DNA of 44,744 nt, filler included, from Streblomastix strix (taxonomy: Eukaryota), in the NCBI GenBank assembly GCA_008636045.1. It is 2 parts of 2 records of this genome, joined end to end, with 100 filler letters (N's around TTAATTAATTAA, not from the genome) between each part and the next. Parts side by side here need not be neighbours in the genome. Positions count along the whole stretch, not along the records: positions 22,435 to 44,744 come from SNRW01000326.1; 1 more part is not named here. One strand, written 5' to 3'. Within the stretch, counting starts at the first letter, position 1; every line of letters starts with the position of its first letter. A model generated the notes under the pieces. That model saw nothing but the letters and a program-made list of their open reading frames with translations. It was not told the origin of the DNA and did no database searches. Position numbers and translations under genes: made by a program. Shown piece by piece: positions 25,248 through 36,904 of the stretch.

Positions 25248-25318
25248 TCCAAATAATGGATTCGAACCAGCAACCTCAAAATTTTAGTATTTACTCGGGA
25301 CCACTGAGCCATTACAGC
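25248..25318 (-). pseudogene. tRNA-like sequence / Pol III type-2 promoter (tRNA pseudogene or SINE head)
   Basis: The minus strand has a consensus A box TGGCTCAGTGG and B box GGTTCGAATCC at tRNA spacing. The anticodon and acceptor stems do not pair. Confidence 0.65.
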
Positions 25319-26139
25319 TAATAATTAATAACTAATTTTATATATTAATATATAATTATATTCACATATCACCATTTTGAGCATTAATTGGAATGTCATA
25401 ACTAAATGTAAAACCAATATAATTTGATATAGAATTTTAATTAATTGCTTATGAATTTTTTTCAATTTAATATTTTTATGGTTAATTTTTTCAAATTTCA
25501 TTTGCTTTTACACCATTAAAGTTTAAATCACTAAATTTTATAAAATCAATTTTTTTAATTATATTCAGCAAGCATTAATTATTTTTTCAAAGATCAACAA
25601 TCATTTTTAACATAAAATTTAATTATTTTTTGTTAACAACATTAATTTAATTATATAATTATTTCAATAATCATTTATCGTAAATCTTACAATTTTTCTC
25701 TCATTTAATCAATTTAATCTAGCATTTTTGGTGTAATATTTGTTTTTTTATTTCTTTTTTTTTCATTAATCCGTAAGATTTCCAATAATATCATTTAAAT
25801 TAATATATATGAAATTAAATATATTAGAATTTTCAATTATAAATTTGATTACTTTCAATTTTTGTTTAATATATTTTTATCATTAATAATTTTATAAGCA
25901 TACTCATTATAGTAGTCGTTTTATTATACTGAATATCTCAATAATTAATAATTATCACAATTTATTTCGGTATATTCTACGGAATTAGTATTAGGTTTGA
26001 TGTAATTTAATTTCATTGTGTCATTCGTAGAAAATTAAAAATTAAAATTAAAAATAATAAAAATAATAAATAGAAACATATTTTCTCTAATAATTCATAA
26101 CTTTTAGAGAACATTTTTTATCTCATCGTAGTAATTTAC

Positions 26140-26932
26140 ATAAACATTAATCGAATAGCATTAACTAGGAATATAAATTCCCTTCTTGAAAATATTAATT
26201 AAGATAAGCATACTATTTAATCTTCAATTCATAAAGAACTTAATTTTACATATAACCCAATTAACTTAATAATTGGATATCGTTGTTGCGGCAAAACTTA
26301 CAATGTATTTAGAGATTCAATTAAGCTGAATTAGCTAAGATCTCATTGTTATACTTTATTTGTCTATGTTATAGATACTAAATAAAGATCAATCATATAA
26401 AAAAATGAAACATCAAATATAGATTTCAACTAAGATTGTTCCTTATGCTGAAATAAATGGAGTTCTTGATGAATTAATTGAAGGAAAACAAGCTCACGAT
26501 CAAGTTGTATAACATAAATTTTTTAAATATTTGGAAGATGATTCAAAGGAAAATATTTTAGATAAATCTGGAGTCAATGATTTTAGAGTTAAATTACTTC
26601 ATACAACCGTTTTATTCGATGATGCAATGTCCATTTTCAAAAATAAGGTGAGTCCACTTTCTAAGAAATTATTTAAAAATAGATAATCAAGAATTACTTA
26701 CTTCATTTGTTTACAAGATATTATAGGATTAGATGCTGCAATTAAATCTAACGTTGATTCTATTTATTTTTCGATGCATTCTACAGATTAAAATTTAATT
26801 TATTTTTCTATTAATCATCTATTCTAATTGATGAAGAAGAACTCTAATAATAATATGTGTTACATCCAAAAAAGGGAACAATTATTAGTTAAGTGTAATA
26901 ATGATGGAACTAAGATAGAAATCTTTTCATGA
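26140..26932 (+). pseudogene. A32/FtsK-HerA-like DNA packaging ATPase
   Basis: Degenerate Walker A LIIGYRCCGKTYNV (~26266), Walker B TVLFDDAM (~26606), and arginine-finger/Gln motif KNRQSRITYFICLQD, then IKSNVDSIYFF. Frameshifted. Confidence 0.85.
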
Positions 26933-27009
26933 GATTGCGAAGCTCATCACATGTAAATTCCATTTTAATGATAAATCTCAACTTAAATTTTTTTCTGAAA
27001 TAATATTTT

Positions 27010-28134
27010 TAATTAATTGTTCATTTATTAAATTTTCTTATCTTTAATCTATATTCTACATTAACTAAATAGTTTCTGATTATTTTTCCATCTTTATTTC
27101 TTTAAACCATAATCGTAATGATATTTTACTTTTCAATCTGGTAATTCTATATCCCCTATTAATTAAATATTACAAATTTAATTTCAATATTGATATCTTC
27201 TCCATTTGGGTGTGTCCATTAACGAACAATCATTCACTTTTTTAATTTTAAAAAATTTAAAATAAACTTATAAACAAAAATTGGAGTTGCAAATATTAAG
27301 ATTTGCATCCTCTGAAAATTTAAGCAAAAAGCATATTCATGTTTATTCAATGCCAAAAAGCTAATCTTAATATTAAATTTTAATTAAAAATTTATTTTAA
27401 AATTTTTTCAGAAACATTGAAGGAAAATTACTACATTTTCAGCTGCACGCATTCATTAAAACCGATATCTTTTTATTTTTTCGTTTTTTCCGCCAATTTC
27501 ATGCTAAAGTACTATTTTTTTGTAAAATGCTTTGTTTATATTTATTTATTAAAAATTGGATCAATAAAAATTATTATAATTATAACTATGCATATTGGCA
27601 AAATTTCAAATTATTTTTTTTGTTAAGTATATGAGTGATTTTTGAGATAAATTAAATTGAATAATTGTGACATAAATATATTCATATTTATTATAATAAA
27701 TTATAATAATTGAAGAATTAGAAATAGTGGATTGAATAAAAAAAATCGAAAAAATAAAATATTTTCGGTTTTATCTAGCGCAAGCATCTAAAAACGCAGT
27801 AATTGTCCATCAATGTATCTTAAAAAATTTTAAAAAAATTATAATAAAAATTAAATAATAATAATATAACATGATTGATGATAAAAAAATAAAGTTATAA
27901 TTTCTGCCCGTTTTTACAACGATGACAAATTGAAAAATTTGCAATTCCAATTATTATTCTAAAAAATATTATAAACATTTTTAAATAAATAAATTCGGAG
28001 TGATTCTACTGTATGGACATCCCCGTTTCATCCATATTCAAGGCAAGATATTCTTTAAATTCATTAACCGTTTCAAATGTTACCACTTCTTGGCTAAATT
28101 TTTCCTATATTTATATCTCTGGTACATTTTGCAT
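27010..28134 (-). pseudogene. Small viral hypothetical protein split by a MITE
   Basis: Removing 27208-28028 restores ...TFETVNEFKEYLALNMDE|MEKISILKLNL...GYRITRLKSKISLRLW. Confidence 0.6.
27208..28023. mobile_element. Non-autonomous DNA transposon (MITE-like) with imperfect short TIRs and a 5-bp TSD
   Basis: Ends are gggtgtgtccat... and ...atggacatccc. Flanks are cattt (27203-27207) and cgttt (28024-28028). A second copy starts at 21399, and excision restores an ORF. Confidence 0.7.
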
Positions 28135-28256
28135 AATAGTTTTTTAGAGGCGTTAGAGTACGGTATCCGGATATACTGTCAAATATAATACGAGACATCT
28201 CGTGTCACTATGAGTCACAATGTTTTATTCGATGAAAAATAACTTATTAGCACTCC

Positions 28257-28650
28257 ATTATCAAAATTTCAGCAGTAATTCCAATGTAAAATGCATATGA
28301 CCCACATCAAGTAAATTTTCAATCTTAATCCTTAAACAAAAAGTAAATTTATGGAGCATGATTCATTTATTGAAATTCTTTTTTAAGCTCTTTATTCATC
28401 ACATATTCATACGTAATAATAATTATATTATTCTACTTGCACTAATTTTGAATGTAATGAAGTTTTTCGTTGGTCAATTGGATTTGTATCTGAATCATCA
28501 TATAAATACATATCATGATATTATTTTTTAGTCTATCATGAAATTATACACAATACGAATGTTATTCTTCCCTCATTCAATGAGTTTACAAATTCAGTTG
28601 GTAATATCCTTTTGAAATGTCTATTTTAGATTTAAGTATGTTCATGTGTT
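28257..28650 (-). pseudogene. Small beta-rich viral protein downstream of the MCP (minor capsid candidate by position only)
   Basis: Frameshifted remnants HFKRILPTEFVNSLN...RKTSLHSKLVQ...LLDVGHMHFTLELLLKF*. Confidence 0.4.
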
Positions 28651-28739
28651 ATAATAAAATGTTTTTTTATTCAGTGCGACAATTATATTTAATTTAATGC
28701 AAAAATAATTTAACTCTTTTGATTTTTTTATACTTAAGC

Positions 28740-30449
28740 TCAAATTTCATTAATAATTTCATCAAATGAATGAATTGTATCATAAAGGCATGAACCTCCT
28801 TGATTTGGACTAAACAACCTGAATGTATCATGAACTGTAAATAAAATAGGTGCAGGAGGTCTCTTTCCATTTGTATCAACATTACAATAATAATCAGTAA
28901 CCCCTTGATAAATTGGAGCGCCACGAAGTTCAACAGAAGTATTTTAATTCTTTGAATCAAAGCTATCAAAAGTTAATGTACCATTTGAATTCCTCTCACA
29001 TTGTAATGAAATCATGAAAGAAATTAAATCTGTATGATCACTAAGTCTTCTTGTTGCAGTATTTCTAGAAGTTATTAAGGCATCTTCAAATTCATCAATT
29101 GCTTTAAATAATAAATCCAAATTACTTGTATTGAGTAATAACTGAAAGAATTATTAATCAATGGAATTCGTAGGCATATCTGGAAAGTTTCTTCCAAATG
29201 ATGTCAGTTACACATTTTTAATAACATGGATTCTCGAAATAAGTTGTATATCTAGAATCTTTAAGGAATGGTAATACGAAATCCGTAACATGATATAGTG
29301 GAATATTATAAGAAGTTCTGATTCCAATAAGTGTTGCAGAAGTTTGGAATGGCCATATTTCAACTCTCTAAGCAGGAACTACAAAAGCTCTTATACTGAA
29401 GAAATCTATAACTCTTGAAAGACATGCATCGGTTGCTTTATATCAAGCCATATTTGCAGTTACTTCAGTCTCTACATAATTCTTCACTGAGATAGTTTCT
29501 TGTACAATATCATAAACAAGATTCTTCAATCCACTTGGAATAAGGTAATTAGTTCTTATTCAAACTTTCAAATCAGCTGTACATACAAGCTATGTGATTT
29601 ATTTTGTATATTAAAATGTTAAGCTCCAATTTCGGAAGAAATGTTCAAAATACATCAATTTCTGTTATCCTGAACTTAGTAATTCATTTTTGTTCATAAT
29701 ATAGTATTTAGCCAATGGAACTGTTGGATTAACTTATGCAAATGCAAATGCATTAGGATTGATCTTAAATTTAATCTTAAGATCTCCAAAAATTCCATTA
29801 GGATAATCTGTGAAAACTGAGAATATCAACAAATCGTCTAAAAGCACTGAGATTTTGAATCTATCGGGTATCAAGCAAGGTAAATTTGTTTAAATTCCAA
29901 CTGCTTTTTCGATCTCTCTCATTGCAATATATATTACACTTGCAGAAGTATCAAACATATGAATATTTTCATACAATAAATGAATATGTGTTCAATTATT
30001 TTTCTCTGACTTTGGCGTTATGGTGTTATAGATGAATGTTTCAGTTGTAATATCATTCTACAAGCTTCCATCAGTAGTTCTGCTACGATGATATACTGTG
30101 TATTCTCGAATTTTATTGCTTCCTGACTTCAATCCAACAAATAATTCAACTCCATCCTTATTAGTGTCATCAAATTATTCGAACTTATTATTGAACTGTA
30201 GATTGGCAGTCAACTCAATAGATAGGAATGAATTTTATATTTGAGTTATATCATGGTCACTGTCAGATAAACTAATGATGATTTCTTTGTCAAACAACGC
30301 TGGCATGTATGATTCAGGTTAAATTTTCTTAATTGAAAAGTTATGTTCTCCATCATTTTTAAATGGTGCAACTGCATTAGACTCAAGTTGTGATTCAATT
30401 GTATTTAGTCCTTGAACTTAGATTGATTTTACAAAAAAAAGCTATTCAT
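28740..30449 (-). pseudogene. Putative major capsid protein (~570 aa) of the Polinton-like virus
   Basis: A long beta-rich frame: IIISLSDSDHDITQIQNSFLSIEL, LFVGLKSGS, DYPNGIFGDLKIKFKINP, FVVPAQRVEIW, FENPC, FGRNFPD, SVELRGAPI. Size and context fit a double jelly-roll MCP. At least 3 in-frame TGAs. Fold not verified. Confidence 0.7.
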
Positions 30450-30497
30450 TCTGATTGTGAAAGAACAAAAAATTTCTTCTTAATATTGTTTGTTATC

Positions 30498-30818
30498 TCA
30501 AGTTAACGATTGACCTCCACGAAGTTTAATTAATCTACTTAACGATTCTATTGATAAATTCCGCAAATATGGATCATACATTCAATCAGTAAATTTATCT
30601 TTTGCATTTTATTTAGATCCTTATCCACTAAATGCATCAAATGCAGATGAACTAGTTTCAATTCCTTTCATAATTAATTCTCCACCAGGTATGAATCCAC
30701 AAAATTACTTTGCTGCAGAATGTATGATTGGCTTTACTATTTTATCATTTACCCACGACAAACCTATGCAAACTTTAGATACTAACAATTTGATTTTACT
30801 GACAATTCCGACTGGCAT
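30498..30818 (-). pseudogene. ~106-aa protein with an amphipathic basic N-terminal helix, just upstream of the MCP
   Basis: MPVGIVSKIKLLVSKVCIGLSWVNDKIVKPIIHSAAKQFCGFIPGGELIMKGIE..., with one internal TGA. Confidence 0.6.
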
Positions 30819-30849
30819 ATTATTGAATATTAATCTTGTTTCGATTAAT

Positions 30850-32445
30850 CAAAAATAATTAATATCGTTTTAATTTATATAATCAAGCAAGGTAAAATAA
30901 TCTTTTAACACAATAATATAGTATTTTAGATGATTATAATGATATAACTACATGTCTATCAACATAAAATGAGTACTATTTTGTAGATCCATTCACAAAA
31001 ATAACCCCAAAAAGTATTTGTTTAATAAGAATCACCAACTGTTATCATGACAGTTGCTGGAAATGCTAATTAATTATTATTCAAAATAACTAATGCATCA
31101 TGAATTGGAGAAACTGGCTGATATCTCTCATAGAATCCCTTAGTCTCAAGTAACAAATTAAATACACACAGTTTTCCAGCTCAACTGTCAATAATAAAAA
31201 AATGAATTGTGATAAGATTATAAATTAAAACTTTAAACAATATTCAATTAACCTATCTCAATTGAAATTATGTATTAATAAATTGAACGAGTTTCAAGTT
31301 TTCTATCACATTTTAGTATCGCTTCATCTATAATTTTCACGGGTTCTACTTCATTATTTTCGTTTGCATAATTCAAATATTTATAATTTTCTATCAGATA
31401 TGTACCAGATAGTTCACAATCTTTTTTATCTAATTTACTATTGATGAAGACTTAAAATGATGTTGATTTATCTAATTATTATATTTATTAGCAATTTCCC
31501 TTAAATTCGTTTTATTCAGGATGTATTGGTTGATAATTAGCATATGGAGGCAAAACTTTATTATCAATTGTTGAAAATATTTTATGGACCATCTTGAATA
31601 TAATATGCTGCTCGATCAGTTTTATAAATTCTTAGCTTATCAATTAATTTAATATCATTATTAAAGAAATTAAATAATAAAGTTCCTTCAATACAATGAT
31701 CAACCATATCTGATTATTTTTTCACAATATCATATACATGAGATTAAGCTTCATAGGTACATTATCCACTTCCATTCCTTACATCCATTATATCAACTTT
31801 ACCATCTTTATTTGTATCAAAATTTATTAACTTAAGTGCTTCAATCTACTTATAATATGCTGCTTATATCACAATAAAAGTATTTACAGCAATTTCTCTA
31901 TCATTTTCAGCGTAAACGTAAGGGCCATTTTAATCAATATAACAGAATAGATTAATATTATTACTGAAATCATTACAAATTATAGCTATTATTTTAACAT
32001 TATCCTTTGGTTATGCTTCTTAAGGATAACAATTAAAAATGTCTCCTATAAATTATTACTTTATCGTTAAGAAACAATTCAATGTAACTCTGTCGCTATA
32101 AATAATCAATGTAGGTTGCATCTCATTAAATGCAAATGGTTTGTTTACAATTTATTATACATATTCTATTTTTGTTTGGATATTTAGTACTGATGGTTCG
32201 AAAATTTCGTTAGTATTTTCAAGAATTTCTGCTTTAATCTTCATCTATTTTTATAACGTTTATTTTCCAATCGGAACTGGAGATGCTGTCTCAATAGGTG
32301 GTTTTAGACCTCTTTCATTTATGTAGGCGTACAATTCTGGGAAATACATCAAACCAGCTAAGTTAAATTTTCCGTCAATATTTACAATTATTTATATTTG
32401 AGATTAAAACAAAAAATATTTAACATGGATTATTTTAATGCTCAT
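30850..32445 (-). pseudogene. Cluster of about three short degenerate viral hypothetical genes
   Basis: TAR=Q frames from ATG 32445 (...PTLIIYSDRVTLNCFLTIK...YPQEAQPKD...), from ~31775, and over ~31190-30850. Confidence 0.45.
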
Positions 32446-32450
32446 CAATT

Positions 32451-35127
32451 TCAAAGCATCCAACTAAATTAAATCCCTACTTCATCATTAATACCCAATA
32501 TTTCTGTTGAGTCGGTAGAAATGCGAATATCTCTAAATGACAATACACCTGTTAATGTCTTTCGCTTTGTTACTAACGAAATATGATATGTAGTGCTTGG
32601 AGGTGCTGGAGGAATTATTGAATTATTTACGTTTCCAATTGTGCGAACCAAAGTTTATGTTGAAGTTTTGATTTAAGTTGTTGGTTGAAATTCCATCATT
32701 AGTTGATTAAAATTACCTATTCGAGCAAGTTTAAAATAATAAAACCGAATGTTAGAGTTTAAATAAACGATTAAATTTGATATATCTTCCACTTGCATTC
32801 CTCCTAATGAAGATAATAAAATTTCACCTCTACTAGCCAATAATACTACTGTATCATCTTTATTTGTTTTCACAAATCCAATTGCATTATTATTTGCATT
32901 AAATGTTTTTTCTCCATCAATATATTGAGTCGTATTTGTTGTAAGGTAATCTTCTAATAATGCAGTATCAGCTCTAAAACTCAGCATATTATTTGTTTCG
33001 GTTTTTGCATAAGTTAATGCTTTTGTGCAATAATTAGTAAGCTTCGAATTAACTTCTGAGTAAGTCAAATATGTATTTACAACTGGGTCTTATGTTTCAT
33101 CATATATCTCATCAAATGGACTTACATATTTTAATCTTCATGTAGTTGTTTATTATAGTGAACCTTTCAATTTTAAATATTTATTATTCGTTTCTGTTCT
33201 TGAATAAGTTTATGTATTTATATAATAATTGGATAAATCCGTTGGTTCATTAAGAAATTCAGATATTTGCTTAGTGCCACCAGCTCCAAGTAATACAACA
33301 GTATCATCTGCGCCAGATTTGATAAATGCTGATACTGTTACTGTCGACATCCCATCTATAGAACTTACGAATCTGCAATTATTATTGAATGTCTTATTTG
33401 CTGCTATTGTTCATGTAGTGCCTAATGAAACATAATTAGCCAAATCAGTTGTATCTGCTTTCTCATCCAATAATTCATCTGTTTTTGTTTTCATATAATA
33501 ATTATTTAAATCAATATTACCTGAATCAATCTAAAATATCAATTGATCAGTTTCTGTTTTTGTATAGACTTCGTCTCTGGCATAGACTTCGTCTATGTTA
33601 TATTATGTTGACATATTTGTTTTGTTACTAAATTAGTTATCTGTTTATATTTTTGTGAAAAAATCAATTAATTAAGTCTTATCAGCTTTCAACAGTAATA
33701 ATTCATCATCTTCACCTTTAATGTAAGAAACTCCTGTATTTGCTTTATTATTTAATAAGCTATCTATTCCAGTTTAAGAATATGACTATGTTTTATTATA
33801 ATAATTATTCAAATCAACACCTGCATTTATATAAGATTTTGTTTTAATTCCACCTTCTGCAAGAAACACAGAGTTGTTAACGTATTCTGAGTATTGAATA
33901 CCATTAGAAATAATAGTACTTGTAAATGTTTTCATCTCTATAATAGATTAATCATTTCCGGTTGTAACAGATATAGTATTTTTCACCGGTATCGCTGTAT
34001 TTCCATCAATTGATAAATCAATTATTGCTTTACCAATTCCAGTTGCTGCACTTAATGTAGTTACAACATTACTCATATCAGGTAGTTCTGTTTCTTATAC
34101 TTTCAATCCAAACTTACTTATCTACAATATACAAATTATGGCCAATTGCTAATTTAGCCACATTATCTTGAACATACATCCAATTTTTCAGTTCTTCTTA
34201 TGTTGCAAATACATAGCCTTTTGATTTTCCTATTGCAATATCTCTTAATTCCTATAATTCTGTTTAATTCACTAATGTACTAACTAACATATCACCTCCA
34301 CCTGCTAATAAGATTGATGCATCATTTTCACTCAGTTTTGATTTATGTGACACAGAAATTGTTCCGAATTATTTTTATCCAGATATTGTTTATGATGATT
34401 ACAGATCAACAAAGGTATTCAAATCTGTTTTGTCAGCTTTCAATAAAAATAATGCATCATCTTCTGAATTTGAATAAGAATCTATTAAATCTGTTTTGTC
34501 AGCTTTATCATTAAGTAATTTATCTACTAATATTATTAAATAATATTCTTCAAAATCTGCTTTGTCCACTTTCAGTAATAATAATGCATCATCATCTGAC
34601 TTAGAATAATAATCAATTAATTAAGTTTTGTCAGCTTTCAACAATAATAATGCATCATCTTCAATTTTGCTGTAAAATATACTAATATTAGCTTTTTCAT
34701 CAAGAAATTCATCAACTTTTGTTTTATTATAGACTTCAACCTTTGCATCTGCTTGAATTTTTTTGAATAGTAATCGTCAAGTATTGCTTCGTTAACTTTT
34801 TCATCAAGCAATGCATTTGTTTCATTTTTACTGCATGTTTCATTTTTATTAGCTTTAACATTTAACAACTCATCTGCTTCAGTTCTTGTATATACGTCTG
34901 GTGAACGAGCATTATTAATAATATATATTTAATTATTTATGTTTGTAACTTAATCAACTAAACCAATAGTATTATAATGAGTTGAACCAAGTAATATCTC
35001 ATCATGTTTCAAGACAACTTCTTGCATATGGAGATCTCTGTCAGCTATTTTATATGTATTTCATACAAAAATAAACTTATTAATATATCTTGTTATGATG
35101 CTATTATCGAAGATAATATCTACTCAT
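32451..35127 (-). pseudogene. Phage-tail-fiber-like virion fiber protein (~890 aa)
   Basis: Many Y(T/S)KxExDxLLxxKADKT repeats, three TxxxQxIxxxKTF...VxL(A/G)xGG modules, and a beta-rich tip ending QFSWML* (TGA 32451-32453). Frameshifts present. Confidence 0.72.
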
Positions 35128-35129
35128 TT

Positions 35130-35763
35130 TATAAGTTCATACTTTTGAAAGTGCTTACATTAGTCCAGATGATACAGCTCTCATAATCTTTGACGAAATA
35201 TCTCCTAAATCAAGTATTGATGATATTTTTCTAACTTTTTATAGGCATATTTTATAAGAATCTCTCAGTAAATTTACTTTATCAACATCTAACGTTAAGA
35301 TATTTAAGTTTGATTTTGCAATATCGGGAATTGATTCAGTTCCATCATGACAGAATTTACTGCAACAAGTTTCATCCTCTACAATAATTTCATCTTAACT
35401 TTCAGAAACTTCATATGTGAACGCTACTGCTCTTACTAAATAAGGTCCTGATAAAATGAAATTTGCAGATTCATTTGCCATATGTTCATCTTCACTTATG
35501 ATATCAAGTGATCAATTGCAAACAGAAGAATCTTGCATAATTGTTTCTTCAAATATTGATCATCGTCGTCGGACATAAATTTATTATACACTTTAAGGTA
35601 AATTTTGACATTCCTTTTCAAAAGGTGAATAACTTCAGCAATTGCTCTTAAAGATGTTATTGAACTCAATACATTCGCAATCTAAAGAGATGGAGATAGT
35701 TTCCTTAAAATTTAACTTTAATTTAATTATTTTGAGGTAGTCCATGCAGTATTTACATCCATT
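35130..35763 (-). pseudogene. Degenerate viral hypothetical gene
   Basis: Protein-like TAR=Q segments in two frames. No recognisable motif. Confidence 0.35.
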
Positions 35764-35814
35764 TTTATATATAATATTGTTTGTTTCATTCTAAAATTGA
35801 TTTAAGCATTTCAT

Positions 35815-36341
35815 ATGTACTCATTTTGTGATTAAGCCAATTAATTGGCGTATTTAGTGAATTAAGTTTAAATTTTATCTTTAACGTAAAGCAAATTAAT
35901 CATAAGATAGACAAAAAATTGTTTGATCAAAGTGGATAAAGACCTACAGTTGTAAATGCAAATATTAGAGCATTGGAACTTGCAATGTATATGAAACTTG
36001 CACCTAACTTATTGAAGCATTGGATTATTCCTATATAGATTGGTGCGATTACAACTGAAGGAACACGAAATACATAAGAAAGATTAAATTTCATAAGATC
36101 ATCTAATGAAAATAAAAAGATGTATGATACAGTTAACAAAAAATTTTCCAATTATTTCAATGTATTGTTTACTAGAGAAAAATATGGAAGTCCTGAATTT
36201 GAACAGCTACTTAAAGATATTGTAGGATAAATTTCGGACTTAATAGAGACAATAGGAGATGTGAATTTAGGAACTAAAATCAAACCAATAAGATAAGGAG
36301 ATATATAATAGCTTAGAGATAAAGAAAGAGAGGGAGATTGA
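35815..36341 (+). pseudogene. Viral hypothetical protein (opposite strand)
   Basis: An open TAR=Q frame of ~150 aa, ...NIRALELAMYMKLAPNLLKHW...KEREGD*. Confidence 0.5.
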
Positions 36342-36389
36342 AAAATAAAATACTAAATAATAAAATATTGAATCTTAATTATTGATTAT

Positions 36390-36826
36390 ATTCATTTTTG
36401 CATATCATCTTACGTAAGTGAGCAGATATTATCTACGATAATGGAATCTTACGTAATTTCTTTTAAAGGAGAAAAATTTTATGGAGATCTATTGGAAATG
36501 CATTTTAATTTAATTATATGTTCATCACATTGATCAATAATTTCATATATTTATATCAATGCTTCATTTCCAATTGCAATTTTTTGAATTCTTTTAATTA
36601 ATGACATTTTCGAATCAGATACATGTATTTTAAAATATTATTATTCTAGAGAATATCTTGCAGCACATATTTTGCTTTATTATTTTGCAATTTCTTTTGA
36701 TTCTTATGTTGATGAATATTTACGTTATCTTCCCCGAGAATCTTTTCTTTCTTTGCTTATTGTCTTTTTTTAAATATTTTCAGATAAAATTTCATCGTTG
36801 ATTTAGACTTAATTAGATTTTTCCAT
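36390..36826 (-). pseudogene. Small basic protein with an AT-hook-like motif
   Basis: MEKSNQ...KDSRGRQRKYSSTQESKEIAKQQSKICAARY. The 3' end is uncertain. Confidence 0.45.
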
Positions 36827-36904
36827 AGTTTCGAAATAAAATAAAATAAATAAAAAATAAAAAAAAATTAAAATTAAAAATTAAAATTAAAATTAATAAA
36901 TTAA

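Noticed and set aside
25248..25318. Functional tRNA gene
   Set aside because: The acceptor and anticodon stems cannot form, and no anticodon can be assigned.
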